DNA of 64,000 nucleotides from Dehalococcoidia bacterium (GTDB lineage Bacteria; Chloroflexota; Dehalococcoidia; Lucifugimonadales; UBA2985): NCBI GenBank assembly GCA_965219025.1, contig OZ244716.1, positions 7,812 to 71,811 of the forward strand, read 5' to 3'. Shown piece by piece: positions 18,510 to 27,026 of this stretch (position 1 is its first letter; each line of letters starts with the position of its first letter). The notes under the pieces were generated by a model. It saw only the letters and a program-made list of their open reading frames with translations, ran no database searches and was not told where the DNA came from. The position numbers and the translations under genes were made by a program.

Positions 18510-20234
18510 ATGCCGATTCGGGTACTCCCACCGCAGCAGGCCGCCCGGATAGCCGCAGGCGAGGTTGTCGAGCGGCCGGCCTCCGTCGTGAAGGAACTGC
18601 TGGACAACGCCATCGACGCGGGCGCCGAATCCATCATCGTGGAGATTCGGGGCGGCGGACTGGAGCTGATCCGCGTGGTAGACGACGGCAGTGGCATACC
18701 CGCGGAGGAGGCGCCCCTTGCCTTCCAGCGCTTTGCCACCAGCAAACTGCCCCCGGACGGAAGCCTGGACGGCATCACTACCATGGGCTTCCGGGGCGAG
18801 GCGCTGCCCAGCATCGCCGCGGTGTCGGGCGTCACGCTGGTCACACGCACGGCGGATCAGCCGGCCGGCACCCAGGTGGAGCTGGAAGGCGGGGAGATCG
18901 TGCGAGTGTCGCCGCAGGGAAGCCCGCCCGGCACGTCGGTAGCCGTGCGCGGCCTGTTTCGGAATGTGCCGGCCCGGCTCAAGTTCCTCAGATCGGAGTC
19001 GGCTGAGACCGGGCGCGTCCAGACGCTCGTGCAGCAGACTGCGCTCGCCTTCCCGGAGGTCCGCTTTCGACTGGAGGTGGATGGCAAGGCGGCGTTCACG
19101 GCTCCGGGCGGCGGCAACCTGCGCGACGCCTGCGCCGCCGTCTACGGAGTGAGGCTTGCCCAGTCGCTCCTGGACGCCGCCTCGCCCGACGAGAGCGGCC
19201 CGGATGCGCCGGCCGTTCACGGGCTCATCAGCCCGCCCGACGTGAGCAGGTCCACACGCGGCCAGATCAGCCTGCTGGTGAACCGGCGCTGGATCCAGAG
19301 CCGTGCGCTGACGTTTGCACTCGAAGAGGCCTATCAGGGCTTTCTCATGGAGCGCCGACACCCACTTGCCGTTTTGCACATCAGCGTGCCGCCTCAGGAC
19401 GTGGACGTCAACGTTCATCCCGCCAAGCTGGAGGTACGCTTTCGCAAGGAGCGAGAGGTCTTTTCTACGCTACAGCGCGCAGTTAGAGGCGCGTTGGTGG
19501 CTCAGTCGCCGGTTCCCACCGTGCGGGGCGGCCTGGAGCCGTCGAGGCCCACAAGCGGCTTTGCGGGGGCGACGACGGCGCCTCAGGAAGCGCAGGTGCA
19601 GCAGGCTCTGACGATGTTCGTGCCGGATGGATGGTCACCCCCGCAGACCACGCCCAGGCAGGTTGTGCCCGCGCTTCGAGTGCTCGGACAGGTGCAGAGC
19701 CTGTACATCGTGGCGGAGGGTCCCGGCGGCATGTACCTGGTGGACCAGCACGCGGCCCACGAACGGGTCCTTTACGAGAAGGTGCAGCTGGAACTGAGAG
19801 AGCAGGCAACGCAGGTGCAGGGCCTGCTTGAACCAGTGGTGATCGAGCTGAGCGCATCACAGGAGGAGACGCTTGAGGCCGGGTTCGACCGGTGGTCGCG
19901 CTATGGGTTCGAGCTGGAGAGGTTCGGGCAGCGGACCTACCTGCTGAGGGCGCTGCCGGCATCGCTGCGGGACGCCGACCCGGAGGAGGCTTTCCTCGCC
20001 ATCCTCGAGGACGTGACCGGAGGCATCAATGCCGCGGAGTGGGAGGGGGAGATGGCGAAATCGATCTCCTGTCACGCAGCGGTCAGGGCGGGCAAGGCTC
20101 TGCAGCATGAGGAGATGGAGAGCCTGCTGGCGCAACTTGAGGCCTGCGAGCGAGCTAACACCTGCCCGCACGGCCGCCCCACGATGGTGCACCTGAGCGC
20201 AGCACACCTGCAACGAGAGTTTGGGCGGCGATAG
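18510..20234 (+). CDS. mutL: DNA mismatch repair endonuclease MutL
   Basis: IAAGEVVERPASVVKEL, GFRGEAL, DQHAAHERVLYE, CPHGRP. Confidence 0.97.
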   Translation: MPIRVLPPQQAARIAAGEVVERPASVVKELLDNAIDAGAESIIVEIRGGGLELIRVVDDGSGIPAEEAPLAFQRFATSKLPPDGSLDGITTMGFRGEALPSIAAVSGVTLVTRTADQPAGTQVELEGGEIVRVSPQGSPPGTSVAVRGLFRNVPARLKFLRSESAETGRVQTLVQQTALAFPEVRFRLEVDGKAAFTAPGGGNLRDACAAVYGVRLAQSLLDAASPDESGPDAPAVHGLISPPDVSRSTRGQISLLVNRRWIQSRALTFALEEAYQGFLMERRHPLAVLHISVPPQDVDVNVHPAKLEVRFRKEREVFSTLQRAVRGALVAQSPVPTVRGGLEPSRPTSGFAGATTAPQEAQVQQALTMFVPDGWSPPQTTPRQVVPALRVLGQVQSLYIVAEGPGGMYLVDQHAAHERVLYEKVQLELREQATQVQGLLEPVVIELSASQEETLEAGFDRWSRYGFELERFGQRTYLLRALPASLRDADPEEAFLAILEDVTGGINAAEWEGEMAKSISCHAAVRAGKALQHEEMESLLAQLEACERANTCPHGRPTMVHLSAAHLQREFGRR

Positions 20235-20337
20235 GGCGTCGCCAGGTAGCGTGTACCGCGCAGGCTTGGAAGAAGACCGCGCTACAGTCGTGTCGCGTAT
20301 CTCTCGCGAAGGGGAGTGGGAAGCGAATCGGAAGGCG

Positions 20338-21075
20338 CTATCGCTCCAGGTACTCGGAAACCATGTCGCGGCGCGCCTCGTGGGTGTCACGCGCACGGTA
20401 CTGCTCCAGCAGGCCGGGCACGTCCGAGTATGGCACCAGTTCGTCACCCTCGTAAAGAATAGGGAAGCGGTGAAGGGACTTGAGCAGTGAGCCGAACAGA
20501 GGTATGGAGTGGCTTCGCTGGATCTGGCCCAGGCTCTCCACAACCCGCTCCACTCGCTGCACCTCGTCCCAGAAGTCCAGATAGTCGGCTAGGTAGGCTC
20601 GCTGGGGTGGCCCTCCGTCCCTGGCCGTTACTTCATCGAGGATCTGGGAGACTCCCAGCAGCCCGTGCTCTCCTTCGTCCCAGACCAGCACCTTTCCCTG
20701 GCATTGGACCGTCATTTCGTCCCGGGCGGCCTGCTCAACGTTGTTGAGGATACAGTCAACTCGCTCCTGGTGAGTGAGGTAGTCCACGACCAGGTCGAGC
20801 TTGTCCTCCCGCATGTCAACGGACCTGACGCCGCTGACCAGGTCGGGGAGGTCGTCTGAGTATACCAGGACGCTCCCAGCTATCTCGATGTTGCCGCTGG
20901 GGGCCGACGCAGCGTCGATCTCGTCCAGTACCAGCTCGGCGTTGTTGGCAATCTCGTCGGCGACGCAGCCTGCTGCGGATGCGAGGACAAAAACAAGGAG
21001 CGCTGGCAAACTCCACGATCGGAGCAGACTGCCGGCGCGCTTCACCGGGGACGATTGATGCATGTGCTTCCGCAC
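20338..21075 (-). CDS. Hypothetical lipoprotein
   Basis: Signal peptide ending LASAAG|C (lipobox-like); 245 aa with no recognised domain; 4 nt downstream of the Tat-peptide gene. Confidence 0.55.
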   Translation of the reverse strand: MRKHMHQSSPVKRAGSLLRSWSLPALLVFVLASAAGCVADEIANNAELVLDEIDAASAPSGNIEIAGSVLVYSDDLPDLVSGVRSVDMREDKLDLVVDYLTHQERVDCILNNVEQAARDEMTVQCQGKVLVWDEGEHGLLGVSQILDEVTARDGGPPQRAYLADYLDFWDEVQRVERVVESLGQIQRSHSIPLFGSLLKSLHRFPILYEGDELVPYSDVPGLLEQYRARDTHEARRDMVSEYLER

Positions 21076-21079
21076 CAGG

Positions 21080-21313
21080 CTATCTCAGCCTGAACTGCTC
21101 CAGCTTGTTTCGCCAGTACCGCAGCCGGGAGCCGGGCCTAGGCGTGAAGAGCGAGTCGGAGGCGGGGCTACCGGCGGCGTTAGAGCGGGACGACAGGGAC
21201 AGCCTTCTACTGGTGGCGGCGACGGCAGCCGCGGCCCCGAGGGCGATAGCGGCCCGCGTAAGAAACTCACGCCTGTTCAGCAGCCGTGCGGGCCTCTCTG
21301 AGCTGTCCGTCAT
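21080..21313 (-). CDS. Small twin-arginine signal-containing protein (77 aa)
   Basis: NRREFL Tat motif plus hydrophobic AAIALGAAAAVAA; strong SD CAGGAGG before ATG 21313. Confidence 0.75.
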   Translation of the reverse strand: MTDSSERPARLLNRREFLTRAAIALGAAAAVAATSRRLSLSSRSNAAGSPASDSLFTPRPGSRLRYWRNKLEQFRLR

Positions 21314-21365
21314 TTGTGCCTCCTGAAGCGCTTGTGAGATTTGTCGCAAGCCTGGTTAATTCCTA

Positions 21366-21394
21366 TTGACTTACCAGCAGGCCGATTGTACACT
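21366..21394 (+). promoter_or_regulatory. Sigma70-like promoter of the ACIII-like operon
   Basis: TTGACT-N17-TACACT with TG extended -10. Confidence 0.7.
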
Positions 21395-21520
21395 ACCTGA
21401 GGCTTGTTGCAAAGCCCGTCCGCGGGGCGGGACAGGCGGGGATGGACGAGCGACAATCGGTGCAGCCGGCCAACCGGGGAGGGAGTAGGGGTGAGGAAAG
21501 AATTGAACTAGGGAAAAGAG

Positions 21521-21811
21521 ATGGATCCAGAGTTCATCACTAGCGCCGACTGGCGAGAGATCGGAAACCTGCTCCACTTCTACTGGTTTATTCTACTTTT
21601 CGCAATTGGATTCGGATTCAACTTCCTGATGGCGCACGCCATCATCCCATCTCTCATTGGCACAGGGCACCTGCCCGAAGGCGTTAGCAAGTCCCGCAGG
21701 ATATTCTACATGGGCGCGCTAGTCTCGCTCGGGTTGGTCCTCTTCTTCCTGCTGAGGATTGCACAGGAGGCCCACATCTTGAGGTCCGTATGGGACCGAT
21801 GGTGGATTTGA
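21521..21811 (+). CDS. Small 2-TM membrane protein of unknown function, first gene of the ACIII-like operon
   Basis: Purine-rich SD region, two hydrophobic helices, aromatic C-terminus WDRWWI. Confidence 0.7.
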   Translation: MDPEFITSADWREIGNLLHFYWFILLFAIGFGFNFLMAHAIIPSLIGTGHLPEGVSKSRRIFYMGALVSLGLVLFFLLRIAQEAHILRSVWDRWWI

Positions 21812-21887
21812 TACCGGGCCGGCAGCGTGCCTTGCAAGACGTCACATGAACACCTACTCACTTGAAGGAAACCGAGACTAATCGCAG

Positions 21888-22559
21888 ATGATAAGGATTG
21901 CTGCACTCGTAGCGTTGATGGGCGGCCTGGCGGCCGGAGGCCTTGTGACAATGCTCGTCTTGCTATTCGTTGCACGCGCGTGGTGGAGCACACCCTTCGA
22001 GGTCCTTGGATTCGGAGGCGCGCCGGAGCAGCCCATACCATTCCCGCATACCGTTCACGCCGGACTCGGCGACCTGCTGGACGAAGACGGCAATGTCGTG
22101 ACCTACGCCGACGGGCAGGCCAAGACCGCCCTCGGACTGGACTGCACCTACTGCCACCGCAACGTGGACAAGGGCGCGGCTGCTTCCGTTCCGCCCGTGG
22201 AGCAGTGCATCTTCTGCCACAAGGCCGTGCAGGAGGGCGAGGACAACCCGCTTCCCGGGTTGACCAACCTCCTGAGCGCATGGGAGAACAAGGACCCCGT
22301 CGTTTGGGAGCGTGTGCACCGGCTGCCGGACAGCGTCCGGTTTGTGCACGAGGCCCACATCCGCTACTTTACGCAGCAGGGCAATGTGCTGCCGTCCGGC
22401 GAGCAGGCCATGGTCGCCGCCAACGTGTGCTCCACCTGCCACGGCGACGTTGCCGCGATGGCCGAGGTCGAGCAGGTGCGAAGCCTCAAGATGGGCGACT
22501 GCGTGGACTGCCACCGGGACTACGGAGCCCCCACAGACTGCACTACGTGTCACTACTAA
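21888..22559 (+). CDS. actA: Membrane-anchored pentaheme cytochrome c (ActA/QrcA-like)
   Basis: Five CxxCH motifs (CTYCH, CIFCH, CSTCH, CVDCH, CTTCH); PIPFPHTVH; N-terminal TM anchor. Confidence 0.9.
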   Translation: MIRIAALVALMGGLAAGGLVTMLVLLFVARAWWSTPFEVLGFGGAPEQPIPFPHTVHAGLGDLLDEDGNVVTYADGQAKTALGLDCTYCHRNVDKGAAASVPPVEQCIFCHKAVQEGEDNPLPGLTNLLSAWENKDPVVWERVHRLPDSVRFVHEAHIRYFTQQGNVLPSGEQAMVAANVCSTCHGDVAAMAEVEQVRSLKMGDCVDCHRDYGAPTDCTTCHY

Positions 22560-22574
22560 GGATTGCATAGCGTC

Positions 22575-24833
22575 ATGGGAATAACGAGAAGACAGTTCCT
22601 CAAGTGGTCAGGTGTTTCAGCCGTAGGGGCCGTGGCCTTCAATGGCTGTCTCATACCGGAACAGGAGCTCCAGATAGAGAGTCCGGTCTTCCTGCCCGAG
22701 GACCTTGTCAGCGGCATCGACAACTGGTATGCCACGCTCTGCCGGCAGGACCCGGAGGGCTGTGGCATCATCATCCGTGTAGTGGAGGGCCGCGCAAAGA
22801 AGGTCGAAGGCAACCCGGACTACCCGCTCAACCAGGGCAAGCACCACGCAAGGAGCGAGGCGGGCCTGCAGGCCCTGTACCACCCGGACCGGATCAGTGA
22901 GCCTCTCGCTCGCGAGGGAGATGCTCACGTCCCCATCTCGTGGGAGGAGGCGCGCAGGCGCATCGCGGACCGCATGAACGGCCTGTCGGACAGGAGCAGG
23001 TTCCTTCTGGTGACGCAGCCATTGCGCGGACACCAGGCGCTGCTGGCCAGCGAGTTCGTGAAGGCGTACGGCGGCAGGTCGATGGCCTACGAGACGCTTG
23101 AGCAGGTGACGCTCCGCCGCGCCATCCTCGAGGTATTCGAGCAGGAGAGGATTCCGGCATTCGACATCGAGAACTGCAAGTACCTGCTGTCCTTTGGGGC
23201 GGACTTCCTGTCCACGTGGCTTTCGCCGGTGAAGTTCTCACGAGGATACGGCGAACTGCGACAGGGCAGCTCTCATAGAGGGCTTCACGTTCAGGTCGAC
23301 CCGCGCTTCTCCATGACGGCAGCAAACGCCGACGAGTGGGTGCCCGTCAAGCCGGGCGGCGAGGGCGTCCTGGCAATGAGCATGGCATACGTGATAATGC
23401 GCGACGGGCTGGGAGACTCGGCGGCCGCGAACGCTCTCACCGGGGGTGGCGGACACGAGGCCCTTGTGGCATTCAGCCCGGACAACCAGCAGGTGCGTGA
23501 CGCTACCGGCGTTGAGCCTGGACGGATCGAGGAGCTGGCCCACGCATTCGCTGATCCCCACAACCGGCCGGTGATGGCCATCGGGGGCGGCTCCGCAGGC
23601 GCGCACACAAGCGGACTCTTCAACCTTAAGGCCATCTACTCGCTCAATCTGCTCGTGGGCAGCGTGAACACGCCGGGCGGCGTTCTCTTCAACCCGGCGC
23701 CGCCACTGCCTGAGCTTGCCACCACTGACGTTATGGCTATGGGCTCTCCCGCGTCCTTTGGCGAGTGGAGGGACATGGACCGCCCGCAGGTGCTCATGGT
23801 CCGGGGCGTGAACCCCGTTCACGGCCTGCCGGAGAGCGCCAACTTCCGCGCGGCCGTGGAGGGCGCGGAGTTTGTCGTGGCCTTCTCAAGCTTCATGGAC
23901 GAGACCGCGGCCCTGGCGGACCTGGTTCTACCTGAGCATACCTACCTTGAGGACTGGGGTGACGATATCCCGGATCCGGCACCGGGCTACCAGGTAATCG
24001 GGCTACAGCAGCCGGTGGTCAGCCCGTTCCATGATGGCACCCGGGGCTTCGGCGACGAGCTGCTCGTGCTGGGCAGGGCGCTTGGCCTGGACCTGGACTC
24101 CAGGTTGGGACTGGCAAACGTGACCGATCCGTCGATGCAGGATCTGCTGCGACGCGGGGCAGACCAGCTGTGGCAGATGGACCGCGGCTCGGTGAGGGCA
24201 TCGTCCTTCGACGGCTTCTGGAATGGCGTACTCCAGAGAGGCGGCTGGTGGGATACCGCGGCCATCGACAACAGCGGCGTCAGGAACATCAAACAGCTCG
24301 ACACCGCCTGGCCGGACATCTCCTTCAGCGACGCGCCGGGAGGGCGTTCATTCAACCTGCTCCCCTTCGCGTCCAACTCGATAGGGGACGGGCATCTGGC
24401 ACACCTGCCGTGGCTCCAGGCAACGCCCGACCCAATCACGACGATAGTCTGGCACACGTGGATCGAAATGAACTCCAGGACGGCGGAGGAGATGGGGCTG
24501 AGCAAGGGAGACATGGTGGTGGTCACCGCGGAGGGCACCCGCACGGTGGAGGTGCCGGTGTACCCGCACCCCGGGGTGCCGCCGGACACGGTGTCCATGC
24601 CCATAGGCCAGGGCCATTCGGCGTTCGGGCGATACGCAGAGGGAGTCGGCCAGAACACCTTGGCGCTTCTGGCTGGTTTGACGGACGGTGCGACGGGTGC
24701 GCTGGCGTGGGCAGCTACGAAGGTTCGTGTGGTAAAGTCGAACCTGAGTATTGACATTCCGCGGTTCGAGGGCAACCAGTTCGCAGAAGAGGCCGACGAG
24801 CAGGGCATCATCAAGGTGACCAAGCCGGAGTAG
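22575..24833 (+). CDS. Tat-exported molybdopterin-oxidoreductase-like subunit (ActB1/QrcB-like)
   Basis: ITRRQFLK Tat motif ending AFNG|C; VEGNPDYPLNQGK, LSFGADFLSTWLSPV, LQATPDPITTIVW. Confidence 0.85.
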   Translation: MGITRRQFLKWSGVSAVGAVAFNGCLIPEQELQIESPVFLPEDLVSGIDNWYATLCRQDPEGCGIIIRVVEGRAKKVEGNPDYPLNQGKHHARSEAGLQALYHPDRISEPLAREGDAHVPISWEEARRRIADRMNGLSDRSRFLLVTQPLRGHQALLASEFVKAYGGRSMAYETLEQVTLRRAILEVFEQERIPAFDIENCKYLLSFGADFLSTWLSPVKFSRGYGELRQGSSHRGLHVQVDPRFSMTAANADEWVPVKPGGEGVLAMSMAYVIMRDGLGDSAAANALTGGGGHEALVAFSPDNQQVRDATGVEPGRIEELAHAFADPHNRPVMAIGGGSAGAHTSGLFNLKAIYSLNLLVGSVNTPGGVLFNPAPPLPELATTDVMAMGSPASFGEWRDMDRPQVLMVRGVNPVHGLPESANFRAAVEGAEFVVAFSSFMDETAALADLVLPEHTYLEDWGDDIPDPAPGYQVIGLQQPVVSPFHDGTRGFGDELLVLGRALGLDLDSRLGLANVTDPSMQDLLRRGADQLWQMDRGSVRASSFDGFWNGVLQRGGWWDTAAIDNSGVRNIKQLDTAWPDISFSDAPGGRSFNLLPFASNSIGDGHLAHLPWLQATPDPITTIVWHTWIEMNSRTAEEMGLSKGDMVVVTAEGTRTVEVPVYPHPGVPPDTVSMPIGQGHSAFGRYAEGVGQNTLALLAGLTDGATGALAWAATKVRVVKSNLSIDIPRFEGNQFAEEADEQGIIKVTKPE

Positions 24834-24867
24834 CAGAACCTGAGCAGAGGACCGGCAGGAGAATGGT

Positions 24868-25635
24868 ATGACCACAAATCAGATTAGCCACAAGTGGGGA
24901 ATGGTCGTTGACGTAGACCGCTGCACCGGCTGCCAGTCGTGCGTGGTAGCCTGCCAGTCGGAGAACAACATCCCCATCAACACGGAGGATGTCTTCCGGC
25001 AGCGCCGCGCCATCCAGTGGATCCACGTGGAGCGGTACTGGGAGGGCGAGTTTCCGGACGTGAGGGCGCGCTTCATACCCATACTCTGCCAGCACTGCGA
25101 GAACGCCCCCTGCGAGCCGGTGTGCCCGGTGTACGCCACTTACCACAACAACCAGGGCATGAACGTGCAGGTCTACAATCGCTGTGTGGGTACCCGCTAC
25201 TGCGCCAATAACTGCACGTACAACGTCCGCTTCTTCAACTACTGGGAGCCGGTGTGGCCGGAGAGCCTCCGCAACCAGCTGAACCCGGACGTGTCCATGC
25301 GCAGCCGGGGCATCATGGAGAAGTGCAGCTTCAACGTTCAGCGACTTCGAAAGGCCCAGATGACCATCGAAGGGCAGCAGGGCGGCCGCCTGACGGACGA
25401 GAACCTCAAGGAAGGCAACTACCTGCCGGCCTGTGTACAGGCTTGCCCGACCAACGCTCTCGTCTTCGGAGACTTTCTGGACACGGAGAGCCAGGTGTCG
25501 CGGCTCAAGGAGGAGCACCTGGGCGGGCACGGCAGAGGATACAAGCTGCTAGAGCACGTGGGAACCGAGCCAAACGTCATCTACCTGAAGAAGGTGGACA
25601 TCCACGCAAAGGAAATGGCCGAAAGCCATGCATGA
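24868..25635 (+). CDS. Fe-S polyferredoxin subunit (ActB2/QrcC/NrfC-like)
   Basis: CTGCQSCVVACQSEN, CQHCENAPCEPVCP, CVGTRYCANNC, EKCSFN..ACVQACP. Confidence 0.9.
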   Translation: MTTNQISHKWGMVVDVDRCTGCQSCVVACQSENNIPINTEDVFRQRRAIQWIHVERYWEGEFPDVRARFIPILCQHCENAPCEPVCPVYATYHNNQGMNVQVYNRCVGTRYCANNCTYNVRFFNYWEPVWPESLRNQLNPDVSMRSRGIMEKCSFNVQRLRKAQMTIEGQQGGRLTDENLKEGNYLPACVQACPTNALVFGDFLDTESQVSRLKEEHLGGHGRGYKLLEHVGTEPNVIYLKKVDIHAKEMAESHA

Positions 25636-26983
25636 GCTTCACCATGCGCCGCCCCCAGTCTATTGGGGCATGACGGCACAGGAGTTGACCCAGGACGTCG
25701 TGCAGCGGCACGCGTCTCCGGGTAGCCGGTTCTGGATGATAGCCGGAATCCTGGCCGGGCTGTTCGGGCTGGGCGTCATCGGATTCGTCTTGCTTCTGAC
25801 GCAGCACGGCGTCGATGACCGCCGAGAGTGGGGCTACTACGCCACGGCGTTCGCCTACATCTTCGTGACTGCCCAGTCGGCGGTTCTGGTTTCGGTTGCC
25901 CTGCGCATGGCCAAGGCGCACTGGCGCAGGCCGCTGGCGCGCATCTCCGAGCTGTTCGCGGCCGTGGGCGTGTTCAACTTCCTGCTGTTGATACCTCTGC
26001 TTTGGGTCCTGCCGGTGACCGACGGCCGGCGCAGCATCTGGTTCGACTGGCCGGGTCACAGTCCTCACCTGTGGGACACTATTGCGATGGGCCTGCTTGT
26101 GGTTCTGGGACTGGCCATTCTGTACTTCGCTTCGATTCCGGACAGGGCCGCGGTTGGAGACCACGCCGGCGGCAAGAGGTCCAAAATCTGGCGCGGCACG
26201 GTGCACCAGTGGAGAGTGCTCAATACGGGTCTGGCAGTTCTGGGTGGCTTCTACTTCATGCTTCTTATCGTAGTACACATGCTGATAAGCGTTGACTTTG
26301 CCATGAGCCTCGTACCGGGATGGAAGGACTCCATCTTCCCGGCTTTCCATGCGCTCAACGGCCTGCAGTCCGGCGTAGCCCTGATTCTCGTGACCATGTT
26401 CATACTGCGCAAGACCACCGGCCTGAGAAAGTACCTGGAGGTGGACCAGTTCTGGGGCCTCAGCAAGCTCCTTCTGGCCATATCCCTTCTGTGGTTCTAC
26501 TTCTGGTGGTCCGGCTTCTTCGTCTACTGGTATGGCCGGACTCCCGCGGAGCAGAGCGTGCTCAAGTACATCATGTTCGAGACGTACTGGGTGCCGTTCT
26601 TCCTGGCGTTCGTGATGTGCTTTGCGCTGCCGTTCTTCATCCTGATGTGGAATATCGTACGCAAGACCACGTGGGGACCGGCCCTGGCGGGCGCCGTGGT
26701 GCTGGTGGGCACGTTCTTCAACGTGATGCGATACTATGTGCCTGCCTTCTCGGTCGAGGATTCGACGCTCCACTCGCTGGAGCACATCCCGGCTGCCAAC
26801 CTCCCGAGCGGAATAGACGTACTGGTGGTGATCGGCGCTCTGTCAGGCGCTGTGCTTACGTACATGCTGGCGACGCGCGTGTTCCCAATCATGTCGATGT
26901 GGGAACTGAGGGAAGGACAGATACTGCAACGAGTGCGCAAGCTGATGAAGATCGACATTAGGGTGCTTGCCAAACCGGAGTAG
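25628..26983 (+). CDS. NrfD/PsrC-family membrane subunit, degenerate ActC paralog (ActF-role candidate)
   Basis: Colinear with the next gene (WG.Y.., WRRP..R..E, LWD, H..IS.DFA, GW..) but lacks the HAG and H.GRPW motifs. Confidence 0.8.
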   Translation: MHELHHAPPPVYWGMTAQELTQDVVQRHASPGSRFWMIAGILAGLFGLGVIGFVLLLTQHGVDDRREWGYYATAFAYIFVTAQSAVLVSVALRMAKAHWRRPLARISELFAAVGVFNFLLLIPLLWVLPVTDGRRSIWFDWPGHSPHLWDTIAMGLLVVLGLAILYFASIPDRAAVGDHAGGKRSKIWRGTVHQWRVLNTGLAVLGGFYFMLLIVVHMLISVDFAMSLVPGWKDSIFPAFHALNGLQSGVALILVTMFILRKTTGLRKYLEVDQFWGLSKLLLAISLLWFYFWWSGFFVYWYGRTPAEQSVLKYIMFETYWVPFFLAFVMCFALPFFILMWNIVRKTTWGPALAGAVVLVGTFFNVMRYYVPAFSVEDSTLHSLEHIPAANLPSGIDVLVVIGALSGAVLTYMLATRVFPIMSMWELREGQILQRVRKLMKIDIRVLAKPE

Positions 26984-27026
26984 ACAGAGGAACGACAGGC
27001 CGTAACGAAGGCCGGAGCAGAAGCGA

